Position numbers and translations under genes: made by a program. A DNA stretch of 64,000 nucleotides from Candidatus Hydrogenedentales bacterium (GTDB taxonomy: Bacteria; Hydrogenedentota; Hydrogenedentia; Hydrogenedentales; GCA-2746185): positions 6,086 to 70,085 of the forward strand of contig JBCLBO010000004.1 in NCBI GenBank assembly GCA_038916785.1, given 5' to 3'. Each line of letters begins with the position of its first letter. The first letter of the stretch is position 1. Shown here piece after piece: positions 59,021 through 64,000 of this stretch. Under the pieces are notes generated by a model. It was not told where the DNA came from. It did no database searches and saw nothing but the letters and a program-made list of their open reading frames with translations.

Positions 59021-59962
59021 GTGGGCGCCATGCGGTTTCGCAACGCCGCGGTGATTTGTGCCGTGGGGGGCGTCTTGGTGTTTCCAGGATGCGCCACCGC
59101 GGGCCCGAGCAGCGACGACCTGCGCAGCACGGTATTCGCCACACATCGGATTGTTCAGGGTCTCGAAGCAAATCTCTCGGGTACGGTGTCCAAACTTAGC
59201 GAGACGACCGCTTCGTTGACCACCCGGCTCGATGCAACCGACCAAGAGCTGCGCCATCTATCGAGTATAGCGCAGGAAAACCAACGCAAGATCGAGCGCC
59301 TGCAAACCAGTCTCGATTCGCTCACGGCCACGCTCTACCGCCACTTTAATCTGTCGCCGCCGCAGCCCATCGCGGCACCGGCCGCGACCTTCCCCTCGAT
59401 CGGTGCGGCCACAGGGCCCACGCCGATTCTGGGGGGTGGAGTCGTGGTCGAGCCCACAACCGTGACCGGGCCGCGCCCCGCCGCGACTACTCCCGGACCC
59501 ACGACAATTTTGCCGCCGCTCGATGCCGCCGGGGCACCTTCGGTGGCCGCGCCGGCTCCCATTCCTTCAGTCACTGCGGCCGACGAAGTAGAACACTATC
59601 GTTCCGCCCAAGCCTTGTATGCGCGGGACGACTTCGCAGGCGCTTTGAAACAGTACGACGACTATCTGAAACAGTTTCCGAACAGCTCGAACACTGGGAA
59701 CGCCGCGTTCTGGAAGGCGCAGTGTTCCTTGCGATTGAACGACTACCCGCAGGCCATCATGGGCTTCGAGGAAATGCGCGCAAGGTATCCCACCAGCGAC
59801 AAGGTACCGACCGCCATGCACAACCAGGCGGTGGCCTACTCCCGGCTCGGGCAGAACCAGCGGGCAATCGAACTCTTCCAACTGCAAATCCGGGAATACC
59901 CCGACCACCCGGCCACGGAAGGCGCGCGGGAGAAATTGCGCCAGTTGCAGGCCCAGCCTTAA
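59021..59962 (+). CDS. cpoB: Tol-Pal system protein YbgF/CpoB (coiled-coil plus C-terminal TPR)
   Basis: A signal peptide, a coiled-coil N-terminal half, and a C-terminal TPR-like domain (YRSAQALYARDDFAGALKQYDDYLKQFPNS). It lies directly downstream of pal. Confidence 0.6.
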   Translation: MGAMRFRNAAVICAVGGVLVFPGCATAGPSSDDLRSTVFATHRIVQGLEANLSGTVSKLSETTASLTTRLDATDQELRHLSSIAQENQRKIERLQTSLDSLTATLYRHFNLSPPQPIAAPAATFPSIGAATGPTPILGGGVVVEPTTVTGPRPAATTPGPTTILPPLDAAGAPSVAAPAPIPSVTAADEVEHYRSAQALYARDDFAGALKQYDDYLKQFPNSSNTGNAAFWKAQCSLRLNDYPQAIMGFEEMRARYPTSDKVPTAMHNQAVAYSRLGQNQRAIELFQLQIREYPDHPATEGAREKLRQLQAQP

Positions 59963-60044
59963 CCGGGCGAGAATACCGTCTCACCTCTGCCGCGCGGGGC
60001 GACCCGCGCGGCACTTTTTTCAGGCCAACACGAGGACATTCCAG

Positions 60045-61062
60045 GATGCGCTACCTATTGGGGATGGACGTCGGCGGCACGAAGACCCACTGCCTCGTCG
60101 CCCGCGAAGACGGCCTCATCGCCGGATTCGGCGCGGCCGGCTGCGGCAGCTACGAATACCACGGCGTAGCGCCCGCGCTCCTGGAGAACACGAAAGCCGT
60201 GGATGCCGCCCTGGCCGCCGCCGGGATTAGCCTCAGCGACATCGCAGGCGTCGGCCTCGGCGTGGCGGGAGCCGATGTCCCCGCAAACTTCATCCTGCTC
60301 GAGGAGAAAATCTACACCCCGCTCTTCGGCGCCATCCCGCGCGCATTCAAAAACGATTCCTTCGCCGCCCTCCGCGGAGGCACCCGCGACCCCTTCGGCA
60401 TCGCCGTGGCCTGCGGCACGGACTCCGTTTGCGCTGGGCGCGACCGCGCCGGCGTCGAGACGCGGGTCGGCGGCTTCGGCCCGGAATTCGGCAACCGCTG
60501 CTCGGGTACGCTCATCGGCCGCGAAGGGCTGCAAGAAGTCTGGCGCGCACGCGACGGCATCGTCCCCCCAACGCGCATGACGGAGTTGTTCGTACGCCGC
60601 GCCGGTTGCCGCGATGTCGATGACCTCTTCGATGCCGTCTATACGCGCCGCCTGAGCTATGACTCGCTCGGACCTATGGCGACAGTCGTGTTCGAGGCCG
60701 CCGTTGGAGGCGACGCCGCGGCCTGTGCTATCCTCACGAACGGTGGACGATTCCTCGCCGCGATGGTGAATGCCGTGGCGCGTCGCCTCGCAATGACCGC
60801 CGAAGTCTTCGACGTGATCATGGCTGGCAGCGTCTTTCGCGGGCAGGGGATCGTCCTCACCGACGCGTTCCGCGCCGGCGTTGCAAGCGTGTGCCCGCGC
60901 GCCCATTGCGTGCGGCCCGTGTTCGAGCCGGTCGTCGGCGCATTGTTCATGGGTTTCGACGCGGCGAGTCTCGACGTCGCGCCGCGCCTGCAAAAGTTGG
61001 AATCGAGTTTGGCCGAAGCCCAGTCGCGTTTCGCCGTGACACTGAAAGGTCAGCCACTATGA
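60045..61062 (+). CDS. BadF/BadG/BcrA/BcrD-type ATPase (N-acetylglucosamine kinase-like)
   Basis: MRYLLGMDVGGTKTHCLVA is the ASKHA phosphate-1 motif; also LGVAGAD and AVACGTDSVCAG. Confidence 0.6.
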
Positions 61063-62192
61063 AATCCATCAACCGTTTTGCGTGCACACTCCTGTTCGCC
61101 CTTCCCGCGCTACTCGCGGCCTGCGCACCCAAGTCCGGCGACGCAACAACCGCCGATCAGTCCGAAGCCGACTTCGTCGATAGTGTCCGCCAAGCCGCCG
61201 CCCCGGCGCCCGCGCAGACTCCTGCCTTGACCCCCGCCGGTGCCGTCCCGAAAATCGAACTCCAGACCGACGCCTACGACATGGGCGTCGTGCCCAGCGA
61301 CGCGATCGCGGTCCAAAAAATGAAGGTATTCAATCGCGGCGCCGCGCCCCTCAAGATCGAAAAAATCACCACCACCTGCGGCTGCACCACCGGCGAGATG
61401 GAGCAATCCTTGATCCCCGCGGGCGGCGAAAGCGACCTCATCATCCGCGTCGATCCGAAAAAGATTCCCGGGTTTTATTCGAACAAGGTGCTAACGATCT
61501 ACACCAACGACCCGGTCACTCCGCATTCGACGGTCAACGTGGTGACGCAGGTGCAGCCGGAAGTGGAATTCGATCCGGAGCAGCTCGATATCGGCAGGAT
61601 CGATCTCGGCACGGGACTCAAAATCACCGCGCGCCTCAGGCAGTTGCAAGACGCGCCGCTCGAAGTCTCCGGCGCGGTCTTCCAGCGCGACTCGCCTTTC
61701 CTGCGCGCCTCGTCCGCGCTCGTGCCCGAGGCCGAGTGGCGCACGCCCGGCAAGCGCGAATACCTGCTCACCGTTGAAGTCCTCGCCGACGCGCCCGCGG
61801 ACGCCTACGACGAATGGATCATCGTGTCGACAAACCTCACGCGCACGGCGCAGTTGCCCTACAAGTTCAAAGGCGCCGTCGTCGGGCCCTACGAGATCAC
61901 CCCGCGGACGGTCGCGCTGCGCGCGGTCGAGCCTGGCCAGCCCCGGACCGACGTGCTCACGCTCACCGGCAAACAGGACGTGAAAATCGTCGAAGTCACG
62001 AATACCAACGGATCGGTCAAGGTGAGCCATCGCGCTACGGACAAGCCCACGCTCGTCACCTTCGACGTGGTCGTGCCAACGCGCACGCCCACTCCGTCCC
62101 TGCGCGACACCTGGAAGATCATTTTCGAAATGGACGGCAAACGCTACGAAGATTCGATTCCGGTCATCCTCATTCTCGCGAGCGAAAAATGA
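61059..62192 (+). CDS. DUF1573-domain lipoprotein
   Basis: Lipobox LLAAC. The motif VFNRGAAPLKIEKITTTCGCT is the characteristic DUF1573 (CGCT) motif. The start overlaps the upstream stop as ATGA. Confidence 0.5.
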   Translation: MKSINRFACTLLFALPALLAACAPKSGDATTADQSEADFVDSVRQAAAPAPAQTPALTPAGAVPKIELQTDAYDMGVVPSDAIAVQKMKVFNRGAAPLKIEKITTTCGCTTGEMEQSLIPAGGESDLIIRVDPKKIPGFYSNKVLTIYTNDPVTPHSTVNVVTQVQPEVEFDPEQLDIGRIDLGTGLKITARLRQLQDAPLEVSGAVFQRDSPFLRASSALVPEAEWRTPGKREYLLTVEVLADAPADAYDEWIIVSTNLTRTAQLPYKFKGAVVGPYEITPRTVALRAVEPGQPRTDVLTLTGKQDVKIVEVTNTNGSVKVSHRATDKPTLVTFDVVVPTRTPTPSLRDTWKIIFEMDGKRYEDSIPVILILASEK

Positions 62193-62265
62193 TTTGGCGT
62201 GCCGGTAGGGTTTAGGTAAAACGGGGGAGGGGCCGCGTGGCCGCCAGCCGCGCACGGCGAATATA

Positions 62266-63702
62266 ATGCCGCAACGCACTCGAACAGATTCGCGCCGCGA
62301 TGAGATCGCGTCGCGCCTGGACGCCTTCGGCCAGGGGCACCTGCTCCAGTTCTGGGCGGACCTCTCGGACGGCGAGCGCGAACGCCTCGCCGCGCAGGCC
62401 GCCTCGCTCGATCTCCCGCTCATCGATCGCCTCGTCAAAACCTGGGTCATCGCCAAGCCCGAGCCGCAGCACTTCACACGCATCGAGCCGGTCGACGTCT
62501 TGCCGGTGCCGTCGCCGGATCAGCCCGGCGCACGCGACGCCCAAGCCGCCGGCGAGGCCGCCTTGCGCGCGGGCCGCGTCGGACTCGTGCTCGTCGCCGG
62601 CGGGCAAGGCACGCGCCTCGGATTTCACGGGCCCAAAGGCACCTTCCCAATCGGGCCCGTCACCGGCCGCACGCTCTTCCAATACCATGCGGATCGGATC
62701 CTCTACACGCAACGAAAATACGGCTGCGTCCTGCCCTGGTACATCATGGTCGGCGATACCAACGAGGCGGCCACGCGGGCGTATTTTGAAGTCAACAACT
62801 ATCTCGAGCTCGACAAGCGCAACGTCTTCTTCTTCACGCAAGGGATGATGCCGTCGGTCAACGAGTCCGGCCGGATATTCCTCGAATCGCCGGGCTCGAT
62901 CGCCATGAACCCGAACGGCCACGGCGGCTGCATCCCCGCGCTCGCCGACATGGGCATTATCGCCGACGCCCGCACGCGCGGCATCGACACGCTCAGCTAT
63001 TTTCAGGTCGACAACTGGGCGATCAATCTCGCCGATCCCCATTTCATCGGCTATCACGTCCTCAACCACGGCGAATTTTCGTCGAAGGCCAAGCGGAAGA
63101 CCGCGCCGTGCGAGGCGACCGGCGTGTTCTGCCTCTGCGACGGCCGCGTGCGCGTGCTCGAATACACCGAAATCGACATCTATCCGGCGTTGCTCGATAC
63201 CGACGCGAAGGGCAATCTCCTCCATTTCGCCGGAAACGCCGCCGCCCATGTGCTTTCCGTGGATTTCATCGATCGCGTCTACGCGAACTACGGCGAGTTT
63301 CCGTGGCACTGTTCGCACAAAAAAATCGCGCATATCAACGGGCGCGGCGAGCGGATCCAGCCCGAGAAACCGAACGGATTCAAGTTCGAGACCTTCGTGT
63401 TCGACGCGCTCGTCTATGCGCAAGGCCGGCCGATCACGCTCGAAATCGATCGCGTCGCCGAGTTCGCGCTCGCCAAGCAGATGGCCGGCCCCGGCGGGGT
63501 CGACGAGGCACGCGCGAACATGAACGCATACTGGGGCGAGTGGCTGTGCGCCGCGGGCTGCGCGCGCCCGCTCCACGGCGTGAACATCGAGATTAGCCCG
63601 GTGTTCGCATCCACCCGCGAAGAGTTTGTGCAGCGCGCGCGCGGCCTACAGTGGCCCGCGGACGGCGACATCGCGATCACGGCCAGCGGCCGGTTCGCCT
63701 AA
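62266..63702 (+). CDS. UDP-sugar pyrophosphorylase of the eukaryotic-type UDPGP family (UAP1/AGX-like UDP-GlcNAc pyrophosphorylase)
   Basis: LVAGGQGTRLGFHGPKG, MNPNGHGG and the overall length of 478 aa are typical of UDPGP (PF01704) rather than of bacterial GlmU. Confidence 0.7.
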   Translation: MPQRTRTDSRRDEIASRLDAFGQGHLLQFWADLSDGERERLAAQAASLDLPLIDRLVKTWVIAKPEPQHFTRIEPVDVLPVPSPDQPGARDAQAAGEAALRAGRVGLVLVAGGQGTRLGFHGPKGTFPIGPVTGRTLFQYHADRILYTQRKYGCVLPWYIMVGDTNEAATRAYFEVNNYLELDKRNVFFFTQGMMPSVNESGRIFLESPGSIAMNPNGHGGCIPALADMGIIADARTRGIDTLSYFQVDNWAINLADPHFIGYHVLNHGEFSSKAKRKTAPCEATGVFCLCDGRVRVLEYTEIDIYPALLDTDAKGNLLHFAGNAAAHVLSVDFIDRVYANYGEFPWHCSHKKIAHINGRGERIQPEKPNGFKFETFVFDALVYAQGRPITLEIDRVAEFALAKQMAGPGGVDEARANMNAYWGEWLCAAGCARPLHGVNIEISPVFASTREEFVQRARGLQWPADGDIAITASGRFA

Positions 63703-63718
63703 TTCCGCGCCGCGCCAC

Positions 63719-64000
63719 TCACGCGCCGGCGATGGCCGCCGCGATCTCGACCAGCACCAGCGTGGGCAGATCGGGCCCGCGCGCGCTCACGATCGCATAG
63801 CGCCAGTCGCGCGAAAGTTCGAGGCCACCTCCAATTCCATCGGCGAGGAAGGTCAGTTGGCGGCGTTCACCGGGCGACTCCCGTTCCAACAGCCATAACT
63901 GCGCGTTCCCGCGCCGATCGCGGGCCGACACGACGGCGAACGCGCCACCGTTCGCCACGGCGGCCTCGTTTCCCTCACCGAGGTCCCAGGGATCTCGCCC
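63719..64000 (-). CDS. Partial ORF (C-terminal end inside the window; the N-terminus probably lies beyond the window edge), hypothetical
   Basis: The ORF track starts at Met 63958, but the frame may continue to the window edge. Weak TolB/beta-propeller-like flavour (AVVSARDRRGNAQLWLL). Confidence 0.2.
   Translation of the reverse strand, partial: GRDPWDLGEGNEAAVANGGAFAVVSARDRRGNAQLWLLERESPGERRQLTFLADGIGGGLELSRDWRYAIVSARGPDLPTLVLVEIAAAIAGA

Overview
This is a high-G+C (by eye about two-thirds G+C) chromosomal segment from a Gram-negative (diderm) bacterium. It carries pal/cpoB, lnt, murJ and secretins, and several domains (DUF1080, DUF1573, DUF4159, a GH42-like protein) that recur in PVC-group, Acidobacteria and Gemmatimonadota genomes; the phylum cannot be fixed from sequence alone. 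Coding density is high and genes are mostly housekeeping or envelope-related.

The main blocks are:
- A + strand operon of CoA-dependent enzymes (694-8622): a CitE/HpcH lyase, a double-hotdog MaoC hydratase, an acyl-CoA dehydrogenase with a long N-terminal extension, an acyl-CoA synthetase and a family III CoA-transferase. It resembles the methylsuccinyl-CoA to mesaconyl-CoA to beta-methylmalyl-CoA to glyoxylate plus propionyl-CoA segment of the ethylmalonyl-CoA pathway, organised as a C5-dicarboxylate catabolic module.
- A - strand envelope operon (8728-15762): an OmpH-like protein, a TPR lipoprotein, two tandem secretin-family genes, lnt and murJ.
- Housekeeping genes: rsmI, a PolX, nth, polB, purC, purF, secA, pcm, pal and cpoB, plus tRNA-Arg(CCG).
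- A REP-associated tyrosine transposase (RAYT) flanked on both sides by near-identical 25-26 bp hairpins, and at least five further families of dispersed palindromic REP-like elements, including a 2.3-copy tandem array of about 125 bp.
- A striking 9-bp periodic AT-rich array with dyad symmetry between two genes of the CoA operon.
- A DUF433/DUF5615 toxin-antitoxin-like pair.
- A low-G+C islet (36.8-38.1 kb) containing a 20-bp perfect inverted-repeat element.
- A transglutaminase-like protein followed by an ABC ATPase and an exporter-like permease.

No CRISPR array and no rRNA genes were seen. Many long, arginine-rich ORFs in the supplied six-frame track are antisense shadows of real genes and were rejected.
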